64,000 nucleotides of DNA. Origin: Thermoproteota archaeon (lineage in GTDB: Archaea > Korarchaeota > Korarchaeia > Korarchaeales > Korarchaeaceae). Location: the NCBI GenBank assembly GCA_026986575.1, contig JALSOH010000006.1, forward strand, positions 32,001 through 96,000. The letters are read 5' to 3'. Below, in pieces: positions 36,595 to 46,814 of this stretch. Position numbers and translations under genes: made by a program. A model generated the notes under the pieces. That model saw nothing but the letters and a program-made list of their open reading frames with translations. It was not told where the DNA came from and searched no databases. Every line of letters begins with the position of its first letter. The first letter of the stretch is position 1.

Positions 36595-39500
36595 CCGCTC
36601 AGCGCCAGGTAGGTGAGGTATAGAGACCTCACTCTATCCTCCACTATTTCTCTGGCCTTCTCCCTCAAGTACTTGGTGTATCTCCTCCAGTCAGCCTCGC
36701 TCCTCTCCTCAATTTTACTCACGGACCTCTTGATCTCAACCAAAGCATCTTTTAAGGAGCGCTTTATCCCCCACATCCTCTTCGCTACCTCTTCCAGAGA
36801 GACGGGCGAGACCCCTAGGAAGTCCTCCACCAATGGTCTCAGCTCAACTACCTTCCCCTCGGATCTCAGTCCCTGAAGCACGTAGACTAGGGTCTTCTGC
36901 CCCAGCATGGTGAGGTCCCTAGTGAGGGATGCGAAGTCCCAGCATACCAGTACGAAACCCTCGTTAACGGCCTTCTCCAACCCAGATAGATCGTAGCTCT
37001 GCCCTTCAAAGAACTCCTTGGCTATCGTCTGGATACCCACGTCCTCACCGTCAAACGCGGCTATCACCCCGAGGGTCACCGCATCGGAGAGGGGCATAAC
37101 CACAGCATCCATCGTCAGGATCTTGTGGGCCCTAGAAGGCTTTGGAACGAAGAACTCCCTTCCCTCTAGGATCACAGGAATTCTTTGCTTCAACAGGAGA
37201 TAGCTAACTGCTCTCTTGGCGAATTTCTTGGCCAGATCCCATCTCAACCCTGAGACCACTAGCTCGTAATGGGCCTGATCGTCTATCAGCATCATCAACA
37301 CTTCAGACAGGTCGTCCGGCCGGAAGTTTTCTACGTCCTTAAGCACAGTTGACCAATCTAACTGCTCGAGAAGACCAGCTGATTCAGGTTCATAGAGAAG
37401 CATGATCTTCTTATCCCCGATATTCGTTACCTCGTAGGCTATCGCATCTATAGGTATCCCCCTCGAGACCCTCATGACCAGTACGAGCGTCGCTAGGCCT
37501 ATCCTCAACCAGGTCAGGTCCTCACCAGGGTCGAGCTCAATCGATAGCCCGTAGGTGTAATCCCTATACACACCTCCGGTGGGTCCTATGACCGGAAGGG
37601 ACCTGCTCTCCCTTATGAACAGGGTCTTACCGTCTAAGGGGACGGGCCTCACCTTGGAGGAGGTCACCCTCCAGTAGACCCTGTTGGGAATCTTCGTCTT
37701 TAGCCCGAACCCATCGGTGGGAGGATCCACCACGCACACTACCTCACTCCCCACCCTTCCCCTGTAGTAATCGTCTATCAAATCCGCTCTCTCTCCCCAC
37801 CCCATCTTGGTCCTCTCGTACTCCTCTATCGCGAAGGCTAGCGGATCAAATGAGTATATCGTGGAGTAGTTGAGGGGTTCCTCTACGATTCCCGTTATGA
37901 CCCTCCCCCTCCTGAGGAAGTCGACCACCACTGAATCGTTGCTGTAGTCTATGGATCCCGGCTGGAATCTCTCGACCAAGTCGCAATGTCCTATGTCCTC
38001 CAGGTATCGTAGACTGCCGTCCTCCCTCAGCGCCCGCTTAAACCCGTAGGGCGGACCGAACTCATAGAAGTTGAGGTTGTCCCAAACCCTCTTCCCACGT
38101 TGAGTGAGACCCGATGGGGAAATGAGCCCTAACTCCTTAAGGAGATCTATCTCCTCCTGATCTAGCTGATCCCGGAGCCTCGGATGGACGAACTTGTAGA
38201 GGCCCTCGAAGAGTATGGAGTACTTGTTCTTCGGGTTAACGAGGGCGACCTCCAAGGGAAGTTGGAGCCATTGCTCCACGGCCTCCACGCCCCTAAGGAG
38301 GAGCTCCTTATCCCATCTGTACATTGGGAAGATCACAGTTTCAGTCCACCCCAGCTCCTCTCTCCTGCCCTTCCTGCCTTCCCTCTGTTTGAATTCGCGA
38401 ACGCTCTCAGGCATACCCAAGTGGACTACCCTCACCACCGTCCCTATGTCCAACCCTTGAGAGAGCGTCCTAGGGCTTATCAGGACCTTGACCCCTCCCC
38501 TCCGGGCTGCCTCTTCTATTTCCTCCCTCTCCTCCTTCGAAACCAGGTGGTGATGCGAGGCGACGTTTTCCAATCCAAATTCCGTTTTAAGCCTCCTTTT
38601 CAGACTTTCCGCAGATCTTATGCCTCTGGTGAAGACCAAAGTGACCCCATCATCCTCGGCGTAATGGTATATCACCTCAGCCGGATCGATCTCGGGCTGG
38701 GGCACTTCAACGCCGACGGATCTCAGGAGTTCGACCACTCGATACACATCCTTCTCAAATCTCTCATAATCAGTAATCGCTTCCCTCAGGTCCTCACCTA
38801 TTGGAAGGCTGAGGAGCTCGTCCCTGTGCCTCTGAACGACCTCCCAGATTCGCTTCATGTTCTTGCCTAGGACGAGGTAGACTTCGTTTCTCACCCTGAA
38901 CGGCTTTCCCCTTATGATCACGGTCTCCCTACCATTTATCGACGTCAAACACTCTGCGAGTTCATCTGGATTCCCTAGCGTCGCGGTGAGGATCACGAAT
39001 TGGGGGGACCTCTCCACCAAGAGGGAAAGTATCCTCATCATGGAGATTATAAGGGCGAGCTCCCTAGGTCCGTAGAAATCGAGCTCATCCACAACCAGCA
39101 GGTCCATACCCCTAATGAAGTCCGATAGATAGGATCCCTTCGTAGCCATCCTCTTCAGATCAGTCATGAGAAAAGCTGGATTCGTGATCAGGAGGTCAAC
39201 ACTCGAGATCTTGGTCCTTAAACCGCTCCTTCCTAGCTCCTTGATTAAAATAGTCCTCCTCCTCGCATCTATCACCTGAGAGCTGATGTCCAGCGCCTTG
39301 GAGTATTCCTCGAGCCTCCTTATCTGGTCGTTGGCTAATGCTAGAGTCGGGTAGATGGCTAACGCCCGCTTGCCCTTAGCGGCGTAAAAGAACCAAGCCT
39401 CGGTCTTGCCGCTACCGGTCCCGGAAATCAGGATGACGTTCTTCCCCTCATCCAGCGCCTTGTGGGCTTCGGCTTGGTGTGAGTAGAGCCTCATGTCAGC

Positions 39501-39653
39501 GATTTCCGAGGGTTTACCCGGATAAGACTTGAGGGAAGGGGCTAGATCCCCGAAAGTGAGGTCAATCCTCTCGGGCTTGACCTCCTCCTCTGAATAAGTC
39601 CTGTAGTTGTAACCTAGGATCTCCAAGAGGGTTGAGGAGGATACGCGGGCCAA
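36588..39653 (-). CDS. Large SF2 DEAD/DEAH-box helicase (Hrq1/YprA/SftH-like)
   Basis: LYSHQ, GTGSGKT, YPTLALANDQ, DELD, TATLGN, QREGRKGR. Confidence 0.9.
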   Translation of the reverse strand: MARVSSSTLLEILGYNYRTYSEEEVKPERIDLTFGDLAPSLKSYPGKPSEIADMRLYSHQAEAHKALDEGKNVILISGTGSGKTEAWFFYAAKGKRALAIYPTLALANDQIRRLEEYSKALDISSQVIDARRRTILIKELGRSGLRTKISSVDLLITNPAFLMTDLKRMATKGSYLSDFIRGMDLLVVDELDFYGPRELALIISMMRILSLLVERSPQFVILTATLGNPDELAECLTSINGRETVIIRGKPFRVRNEVYLVLGKNMKRIWEVVQRHRDELLSLPIGEDLREAITDYERFEKDVYRVVELLRSVGVEVPQPEIDPAEVIYHYAEDDGVTLVFTRGIRSAESLKRRLKTEFGLENVASHHHLVSKEEREEIEEAARRGGVKVLISPRTLSQGLDIGTVVRVVHLGMPESVREFKQREGRKGRREELGWTETVIFPMYRWDKELLLRGVEAVEQWLQLPLEVALVNPKNKYSILFEGLYKFVHPRLRDQLDQEEIDLLKELGLISPSGLTQRGKRVWDNLNFYEFGPPYGFKRALREDGSLRYLEDIGHCDLVERFQPGSIDYSNDSVVVDFLRRGRVITGIVEEPLNYSTIYSFDPLAFAIEEYERTKMGWGERADLIDDYYRGRVGSEVVCVVDPPTDGFGLKTKIPNRVYWRVTSSKVRPVPLDGKTLFIRESRSLPVIGPTGGVYRDYTYGLSIELDPGEDLTWLRIGLATLVLVMRVSRGIPIDAIAYEVTNIGDKKIMLLYEPESAGLLEQLDWSTVLKDVENFRPDDLSEVLMMLIDDQAHYELVVSGLRWDLAKKFAKRAVSYLLLKQRIPVILEGREFFVPKPSRAHKILTMDAVVMPLSDAVTLGVIAAFDGEDVGIQTIAKEFFEGQSYDLSGLEKAVNEGFVLVCWDFASLTRDLTMLGQKTLVYVLQGLRSEGKVVELRPLVEDFLGVSPVSLEEVAKRMWGIKRSLKDALVEIKRSVSKIEERSEADWRRYTKYLREKAREIVEDRVRSLYLTYLALSGQ

Positions 39654-39658
39654 GGGAT

Positions 39659-40135
39659 CTACCTTTTGGAGATCCTCACCTCTAAGATGCCATTCCTGTA
39701 GGTGGCCTTTGTTCTCTTGGGATCTATCTCGATGGGAAGCTGGAACTTCTTGTGTAGATCACCAGCCCTTATGGTGATCTCCCTTCCCTTCACCCTGACC
39801 GAAATGTCCTCCTTTCTTATGCCTGGGACATCAGCAACTATTATTATCTCCTCATCAAGCTCGATCACATCAACCCTCTGCTCCTCCAGCTCCAAAGGAG
39901 CACCTCCCCCCTCAACACTCTCACCACCGAGATCACCCATATCGGAGGGGTATCCCACATCGAACCCCCCTGAGGGGAGATCCTCGTTCCAGCCAGATAC
40001 ATCGCCGTTGACGAATCTTGAGAGATCTTCATCCATCTTCTTGAGTAGATCTATCATGTCTTTTATGAAGTAATCGAAGGGATCGTCGTAAGGCTTCTTC
40101 TTTTTTTCGTCGCCCAAGGGATTCCCCGCCAACAA
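39659..40135 (-). CDS. Small heat-shock protein Hsp20
   Basis: DVIE, ADVPGIRKEDI, ATYRNGILEV. Confidence 0.92.
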   Translation of the reverse strand: MLAGNPLGDEKKKKPYDDPFDYFIKDMIDLLKKMDEDLSRFVNGDVSGWNEDLPSGGFDVGYPSDMGDLGGESVEGGGAPLELEEQRVDVIELDEEIIIVADVPGIRKEDISVRVKGREITIRAGDLHKKFQLPIEIDPKRTKATYRNGILEVRISKR

Positions 40136-40152
40136 TGAGCCGGAGGACCTAT

Positions 40153-42870
40153 TTAATCACTAACATGGGCACCCTCATCAACGACCTCAACTGACGACAC
40201 CTCTCCAGACTTGCTGACCAGTATGGAGTGGGAAGCTATGTCCCTGAACCTAGGAGAGTGCGTGACTACTATCAGCTGAGGTACGTTGAGGGAGGACATG
40301 GTCTCAACCAGCGCACTGATCCTCTCTTCGTCCAGATGGATGGTTGGCTCGTCTAGGAGGAACGTCTCGACCTTCGACATCATGAGAAATCGGGCTATCG
40401 CTAGTCTTAACGCTAGGGCGAGGGATATCTTCTCCCCACCGCTCAACCTGTCGAAAGAGAACACCGTTCTGCCCCGCCTCAGGCTGGGCGTGAAGTCATC
40501 ATCCAGCGTCACGGAGTCGTAGTCGAAGTTGAACGAGCTGAATATGATGTTAAGTTCCTCCTCCACGGCGGGCCTCGCCCTGTCCCTTATCAGGGGCTGG
40601 ATCCCCCTATCCCTGCTGAAGACCTCCCTGACCTTCAGGATCTTCGACCTGAAGACCTCTAACGACTCTTTCTTCCCCATCAACTCCCTCAATCTGGATT
40701 CCTTCTTCCTGAGGATCTCCATCCTCCTATCTATCTCCTCGATCTTCCCCTGAATCTTGCTCCTCTTCTGTGTGAGGGAGTTAAGCCTACTCTTCAGATA
40801 GTCTATCTCTCTCTTGATGGTCTCAAGCTCGGAGGGATCGAAGGAAAGCCCCTCTATCTCCCTCTGGAGGGACAAGAGTTCTTCTTCCAATTCAAGCTTC
40901 CTCTTCTCCAGTTCTTTCACCTCAGAGGCAATTCCGTCCTTAGTGGACAGGATACCTCTGAGTCTCTGCACCTCCTTCACAGCGGAAAGGGCCTCCCTGT
41001 ATTCCCTCTCAACAGACTCCAGTTCCAAGCCCAAGGACGTGAGTTTCTCTTCCAAATTCTTCTTGAGCCTCTCCAACTTATCTCTCAATTTATTCACGTC
41101 TCTTTCACCTAGCTCATCTTTAATCTCCTCTATCCTGCTTAGCAGGGCTTCCCTTTCCGCGAGATCCCTCCTGAGGGACTCGAGCTCAGCCCTCATCCCG
41201 CTCAGGCGAGACACCTTCTCCCTCAGCGGGACTATCTTCTCCTTAAGGGAGGCAATCTGATCTCTGATCTCGGATACCTCCCTCTCCAAGGACTCCAGCT
41301 CACTCTCCTTGGCGACGATCCCCTCCAAGTTGAAGGAGCTCAGCCCCTTGTATTTCGATAAGATGTTTTCCCTTCTCTCCCTGATGGACCTCAGCCCCCT
41401 CTCCTTATCCATTATCAGGGAATCTACTTCCTTTATCTCGCGCCTCATCTCATCCTTCAACCTCTCCACAGAATCAGGATCCAGCTTGGACCCGCAGAGA
41501 GGACATCTATCCACATCTCCCTCCAGATCTGATAAATACCGGGATGCCTGTTCCCTCCTCTGAAGCAATCTGGACCTCTCCTCAGTGATTTTGCTTAATT
41601 CTCTGTCCAAGTAGTCCAGCTCATTCTCTAACTTGGAAAGTTCCTCGGCGAGGACCCTTCCACCCTCCTCCGCATCCTCTATCCACCTGCCAAGCAGCTC
41701 GGACAGGCTTGAGAGGGCCTCCTTGATCTCACGCCTGTACTCTGCCATCCTGCGCTCTAGCTGAGATCTCTTACTCTCTAGCTGCCTAAGGCGTTCCTCC
41801 ATGCTGGCTAGGAGGACCTCCTCCTGCTGGAGCCTTTCAATTTCCCTGCTGAGTTGGGACACCTTCTCCCTCAGGATGCTCAAAGAGGAGATCCTCTCCT
41901 TATACTTCGAGAGTTCCTGTCGCATCTTCTCTAAACGCCTGACCTCCTCTTCCAGCGGAACTATCTCAGCCAAGAGACCCCTCACGTACTCGAGCTCCTC
42001 GTACTTGGAGGCCTTGATCTCCAGATCTCTCATTCGAAGGAGCTCACGCTCCAGATCCATCAATCTCCTCTTCTTAACATCGAGCTGGTTCGATACCTCG
42101 CTGAGTCTCCTCCTCAAGGACTCTTCCTTGGCCTTGAGCTCCCTGTACCTGAGGTTCTTGTGTTCCAATTCCTCTCTAGTTTTCTCCAGCCTCTCCATCT
42201 CCTTATTCAGGAGTTCCCCCTCCCTCGAGGTTTTCTGAAGTTCCTCCAGCAGTTCCTCCCTCTCGGATTCTAGGGACGCTCTTTCTTTGAAGACATCCCC
42301 GATACCCTTGATCTCACTATCTATCGACTGGAGATCAGCGTTCAAGCGACTTATCACATCTCTCAGCTCCTCCCATATCCTCTCCAGCATCTCTATGCCG
42401 AGAAGCCTCCCCACCAACTCCTTCCTTCTCGAAGGAGTCTGTTCGAGGAGCTGGGCTATCTCGCCCTGCCTGACGTAGATGGCTTGGAGGAATGTCTCCC
42501 TGCTTATGCCCAGCAGGGCCTCGATCTGCCTGTTCACCTTACTTTGATCCCTCTGGAGGAGCCTTCTCCCATCGGTCACATCGTATATGGAGGCCGATGA
42601 AATTCCACCCCTTTCCCTCTCCCTGATCAGGAGGTATCTCCGGCCGCCCAGCTCGAACTCGAGTTGAACCCTCATCCTGCGCGCGCCGGATCTGATCAGG
42701 TTCTCCTGCTTGCCCACGCTCTTGGGATACAGGGCATAGGCTATTGCCTCTAGTATGGTCGTTTTACCCGCGCCGTTCTCTCCTATTATCGCATTTATCC
42801 CCTCAGAGAACGTCACCTCCGTCTTCTCGTGCGAACCGAAGTTCTCCAGTACCAAACACTTTATCCTCAT
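40153..42870 (-). CDS. rad50: DNA double-strand break repair ATPase Rad50
   Basis: GENGAGKT, Q-loop, coiled coil, CPLC hook, LSGGE, LDEPT; ATG at 42870. Confidence 0.95.
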   Translation of the reverse strand: MRIKCLVLENFGSHEKTEVTFSEGINAIIGENGAGKTTILEAIAYALYPKSVGKQENLIRSGARRMRVQLEFELGGRRYLLIRERERGGISSASIYDVTDGRRLLQRDQSKVNRQIEALLGISRETFLQAIYVRQGEIAQLLEQTPSRRKELVGRLLGIEMLERIWEELRDVISRLNADLQSIDSEIKGIGDVFKERASLESEREELLEELQKTSREGELLNKEMERLEKTREELEHKNLRYRELKAKEESLRRRLSEVSNQLDVKKRRLMDLERELLRMRDLEIKASKYEELEYVRGLLAEIVPLEEEVRRLEKMRQELSKYKERISSLSILREKVSQLSREIERLQQEEVLLASMEERLRQLESKRSQLERRMAEYRREIKEALSSLSELLGRWIEDAEEGGRVLAEELSKLENELDYLDRELSKITEERSRLLQRREQASRYLSDLEGDVDRCPLCGSKLDPDSVERLKDEMRREIKEVDSLIMDKERGLRSIRERRENILSKYKGLSSFNLEGIVAKESELESLEREVSEIRDQIASLKEKIVPLREKVSRLSGMRAELESLRRDLAEREALLSRIEEIKDELGERDVNKLRDKLERLKKNLEEKLTSLGLELESVEREYREALSAVKEVQRLRGILSTKDGIASEVKELEKRKLELEEELLSLQREIEGLSFDPSELETIKREIDYLKSRLNSLTQKRSKIQGKIEEIDRRMEILRKKESRLRELMGKKESLEVFRSKILKVREVFSRDRGIQPLIRDRARPAVEEELNIIFSSFNFDYDSVTLDDDFTPSLRRGRTVFSFDRLSGGEKISLALALRLAIARFLMMSKVETFLLDEPTIHLDEERISALVETMSSLNVPQLIVVTHSPRFRDIASHSILVSKSGEVSSVEVVDEGAHVSD

Positions 42871-44054
42871 GATCCCTCCTCCATGAGGCCGAGGACTCCT
42901 TTGACGAACGCCTCTCCCCTCTTGCCCTCTCTGTACCACAGATCGAAGATTCTCAGGGCCAGAGATCGTACCTCTTGGTCCAGATCTAGGGATGCTATGG
43001 CGTTCTGGACCAGCTCCTCCAGACCGACCCCGGTGAGGAGGCCCTTCTCCTCATCCTCCTCCGTGATCCTGCTCTCCCTGATGATCACGTAGAGGGAGAG
43101 GTCCATCAGGGCCCTCCTGATCTCGAGGGTGGGTACGCCCGGCCTCACGTCCTCCTTCAATGAGAGCTTTCCATATACCACGGGCCTCTCATCGAACTCT
43201 TGGGACGATAACTGCTTTTTCAATCTCTCTATCAGGACGTATAGGTCTTGGATATTGCTCAGGGTCTCGGAGAAGTAGATGAATGGCCTAGTCCTCAACC
43301 TCAGCTCCTCCACATCGATGCCGTCCCTGTCTATCTCCACGGAGAGCACGTACTTCCCCTCTCCAGCCAGAGGGATCTCCCTAGTCTCTATGACCTCCGT
43401 GGATCCCGAGTAGGCGAACACTCTGTTGCCGCTCCTCCTGACCACCTTGTTGTGATAGTGGCCCATGGCCACATAGTCGAAGGAACTCTTGGCTATCTCG
43501 GAGAAATCGACCTCCGGGTAGATGGCCTTTATCATCCCCTTCACACCCTGATGGAGCATCAAAACCTTGGGACAGCTCTCGCAGAGACTCTTGGCTTTCC
43601 TGTCCAGGCTCTCCACCGTGTCAGCTATCTTGACTCCCTTGCTGGCGTAGGGGGCACCGGCCACCACTATATCACCGATCCTGACCGCGCCGGGCCCCAA
43701 CCTCACGAAAAGCTTCCCGTACCCCAACCTCTCGAAGAGCTTCCTCAGGTTTATCAGAGGTGAGGTCATCCTCCTCCTGACGGTATCCGGTCCCAGCTCG
43801 TGATTTCCCTCTATTATCGCGATAGGGATGCCCTTCTCCACTATCCTCAGCAGGCCCTCAAAGGCCCTCACGAAGGCCCTGGGATGGGGCCTGTAGCTGT
43901 CGAAGAGGTCCCCGGTATGTATCACCAGATCGGGATCCTGCTGGAGCGCCAGATTCACAGCCATGTCGAACGCCTTGTAGAGGTCCTCCTCCCTCTCGGC
44001 CAGATGGAACTGGGCCTTCCCGAGGTGGTTATCGGACATGTGGACGATCCTCAA
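42867..44054 (-). CDS. mre11: Mre11 nuclease
   Basis: SDNHLG, GDLFD, GNHE, HQ, GHYH, YSGS; probable TTG start at 44054. Confidence 0.93.
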   Translation of the reverse strand: MRIVHMSDNHLGKAQFHLAEREEDLYKAFDMAVNLALQQDPDLVIHTGDLFDSYRPHPRAFVRAFEGLLRIVEKGIPIAIIEGNHELGPDTVRRRMTSPLINLRKLFERLGYGKLFVRLGPGAVRIGDIVVAGAPYASKGVKIADTVESLDRKAKSLCESCPKVLMLHQGVKGMIKAIYPEVDFSEIAKSSFDYVAMGHYHNKVVRRSGNRVFAYSGSTEVIETREIPLAGEGKYVLSVEIDRDGIDVEELRLRTRPFIYFSETLSNIQDLYVLIERLKKQLSSQEFDERPVVYGKLSLKEDVRPGVPTLEIRRALMDLSLYVIIRESRITEEDEEKGLLTGVGLEELVQNAIASLDLDQEVRSLALRIFDLWYREGKRGEAFVKGVLGLMEEGS

Positions 44055-44056
44055 GT

Positions 44057-45673
44057 TTACCCCCCTATGGAGTCGTAGTACTCGTCGGGAGATGCGCTCA
44101 ACCTCTTCTTCAGACCTTCCCTCCACATCTCATAGGCCTTCATGCTCTCCCCTCCCCTCTTCCCCTCGAACAGCCTCACCTTGACCAGCGCCGGTATCCT
44201 CACCATCGGCCCCACCACCACGGCCTCACCGACATCGAGGGAGGGGAGGTATGAGACCATCTCCTCACTCAGGAATTCGGTGGCCCTCCTCACGTATGCT
44301 TGGTCCTCGGGTTCCACGACCCTCAGTATGATCTTGTTGACCATCTGGGAGAGGACATCGGAGTTGAGCCTCTTGGGCCTCTGGCTGACGAGGCAGAGAC
44401 CGACTCCGAACTTCCTGCCTTCCTTGGCTATGGATGCTGCTGCTGACGACGTGTAGGTATGCTCTACCGATGGTATGAGGGCGTGAGCCTCCTCCAAGAC
44501 CGCGAAGACTGGAGTTGGGAAGTCCTCGTACCCCCTTCCTATCCTCTTCAGCTTCGCCCTCATGAGGATGGTGTACAGCGTCTTCCCCACCACGATGTCG
44601 GTGAGATCCGAATCCAACTGACCCAGATCCACTATCACCAACTTCCCGTAGTTCAGGTGGTCCACCAACTCGCCAGCAGCCGGTCTGAGGACCCTCCCGT
44701 ACTTCGACCTCACGAAGTCCACCTTAGCCAAAAGGCTCTCAATGCTCCCTCTGTCATTGCTCGGAAATGCTATGAGGAATCTGTCATCGGAATCCTTCTC
44801 CCTTAGGGACAGCTGTATTATGGCCTGCATGCCGGCCAAGAGGTCATCCATCTCAGCTTCGATCTCAGTCCTCCTAAGGTACTCTCCAAGCCTCTCCCTG
44901 ATGAGGAGCTCCTTGGCCCTCCTGTAAGCGGCCTTCAGGTAGATGAACTGCTTGGGTGCATTATCGTAGGTAACTCCCAGCAGACTACCAAGCTCCTCGA
45001 CTGTAAGAGTGTTGGGATCAAGGACGGGATCCACAGTCTCTACCTCGCAGTGGGGACATCCTAACGTCATGCCCGTGTACTCCGAATGCACATCGAACAG
45101 TATGGCCACGCCACCCATCCTGACTATCTCCTCCAAGATCACGGCCACCGAGTTGGACTTACCGCCACCAGTAACGGCCAGCACGGCTAGATGCCTCGAG
45201 ATAAGCTCATCTGGATCCAAATGGACGACTACATCGCCCCTCGTGAGGAGCTTCCCCAGCTTTATCCCCTCTCTACCCTCAGGCGGGGCGAAGATCCTCC
45301 TCAAGAGGTCTGCTGGGGCCTTCCTCACGAGAGCCCCCGTTGGAGGAGGCGCCCTGGGGAGGCCAGCTAACTCGCTCCTCGAGAGCACCCCTATCATCCT
45401 TATAGTCGCCTTCAACCAGTCGGATGGTGATCCTACCACTTCTAGTATCGTATCGTAATAATTTGCTTGGAGGAGATCGCTCCTAGCTAGCTCCAACGCC
45501 CCCCTAACCACGTTACTGACCATGCCTAGCAACTGGGACTCCTCGCTGTCTATCACAACGTAGTCCCCCACCTTAGGCACCACACCAGCATAGGCTATCA
45601 TCTCGGCCTGCACGGGCGTGGAGTTGGGGGCAATTCTTCCCAAAACGTCACTCTCCAAGCCTCTCCCTCCCAC
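44057..45673 (-). CDS. herA: HerA DNA translocase
   Basis: HAS barrel, RHLAVLAVTGGGKS, EEAH, KEGRKFG, SQRP. Confidence 0.94.
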   Translation of the reverse strand: MGGRGLESDVLGRIAPNSTPVQAEMIAYAGVVPKVGDYVVIDSEESQLLGMVSNVVRGALELARSDLLQANYYDTILEVVGSPSDWLKATIRMIGVLSRSELAGLPRAPPPTGALVRKAPADLLRRIFAPPEGREGIKLGKLLTRGDVVVHLDPDELISRHLAVLAVTGGGKSNSVAVILEEIVRMGGVAILFDVHSEYTGMTLGCPHCEVETVDPVLDPNTLTVEELGSLLGVTYDNAPKQFIYLKAAYRRAKELLIRERLGEYLRRTEIEAEMDDLLAGMQAIIQLSLREKDSDDRFLIAFPSNDRGSIESLLAKVDFVRSKYGRVLRPAAGELVDHLNYGKLVIVDLGQLDSDLTDIVVGKTLYTILMRAKLKRIGRGYEDFPTPVFAVLEEAHALIPSVEHTYTSSAAASIAKEGRKFGVGLCLVSQRPKRLNSDVLSQMVNKIILRVVEPEDQAYVRRATEFLSEEMVSYLPSLDVGEAVVVGPMVRIPALVKVRLFEGKRGGESMKAYEMWREGLKKRLSASPDEYYDSIGG

Positions 45674-46775
45674 TCACCTCTGGAACTAGGAGGTTCCTCG
45701 CTAGGTGGGACATGAGATCCCTTCCTATCTTGGCGAGCTCGTGTACCCTCCTCAGGTGGTAAGGATAGCCCCTCACCGAGTACTTGGCCAGAGAACCCAG
45801 CAACTCTTCCAAGAACGATTCATCAGCATCCCCGACCACCTCCACCCTCAAGGGGTTGGTGGCCGTCTCGAGCCTAGCGTAGGTCAGCATGATCCGGTAG
45901 GTATCATCGATTCCTGAGTACTGCGGAAATCGAAGTTCAGCCGACTTTGGACTCAGATAACCTGATTCCAGGCTGGTATACCTCCTCACGACCTCCATAT
46001 CGGGTAGGCGCGAGTTAAAGTACAGCCTGCTACCTGACCTCTTCGCCACAGCCACCAGAGTCCCCCTTCCCCTTCTCAGGAGTTCGTTCAGGCTGGAGAG
46101 AACCTCGTACCTCTCTATGAAGGCCATCGCCCTCTTAACCTCGTCCCTCTCGGGTGGCCTCCCCTTCTCATCCTCCAACACCGAGCTCACGATCTCTTCT
46201 ATTCTGCTCGAGATGTCCATGAGGTGCGTGTGGGAGACCAGTCCTTGGGTGAGGTCCACCCCTAAGGCCGACTCAACCTCCCTCAAGATCCTCCTCATGG
46301 GGTAGGGTACCTTCTGACCGTAAGGGGTGGACCACAAACCCCTGTCGACCATAGCCAAGAAGGAGCCGTCCATGAGCAGGATTTCCGGCTCGAGCTCCAA
46401 GGATCTGAGAGCCATCTTGACCTCCATGGTCTCCCGGCAGAAGGAGACCCTCTCCCTGTAGTGATAATCGTCCATCACCCCTATCTGGTACTTCCTAGCG
46501 ACCACGGGCTCGCTATCCTTCATGAAGAGGGAAGCTGAGACCACGAAGATGATCTGGCCTAGGGTGAAGTAGTCGCTGTTGTTGCTCCCATCGATGGCAG
46601 CTATCCTCTCTATCTCCCCCCGCCCTATACCGCCCCTCCACTCCCTCCTTATCACCGAGAGCAGGGCATCACCTTCCACTCCGCTTTTTGGGAAGAGAAA
46701 GGAGGACACCCGTGATCTGGCCTCGATTACTGCCTCCTCTATCGACTCAAAGGGCAGTCCTGACTCAACCACCAT
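45648..46775 (-). CDS. nurA: NurA nuclease
   Basis: AIDGS, LMDGS, VAKRS, GYPY.L..VHE. Confidence 0.93.
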   Translation of the reverse strand: MVVESGLPFESIEEAVIEARSRVSSFLFPKSGVEGDALLSVIRREWRGGIGRGEIERIAAIDGSNNSDYFTLGQIIFVVSASLFMKDSEPVVARKYQIGVMDDYHYRERVSFCRETMEVKMALRSLELEPEILLMDGSFLAMVDRGLWSTPYGQKVPYPMRRILREVESALGVDLTQGLVSHTHLMDISSRIEEIVSSVLEDEKGRPPERDEVKRAMAFIERYEVLSSLNELLRRGRGTLVAVAKRSGSRLYFNSRLPDMEVVRRYTSLESGYLSPKSAELRFPQYSGIDDTYRIMLTYARLETATNPLRVEVVGDADESFLEELLGSLAKYSVRGYPYHLRRVHELAKIGRDLMSHLARNLLVPEVSGRERLGE

Positions 46776-46814
46776 TCCAGCTAACTTACGACTGCTAAAT
46801 TTTAACGTGTTCCC

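Noticed and set aside
40286-42478. Ser/Leu-rich plus-strand ORFs
   Set aside because: Antisense to the Glu/Arg-rich Rad50 coiled coil; the same applies to most short overlapping ORFs in the track
40153-46775. HerA/SMC-like genes as an antiphage system
   Set aside because: Canonical housekeeping nurA-herA-mre11-rad50
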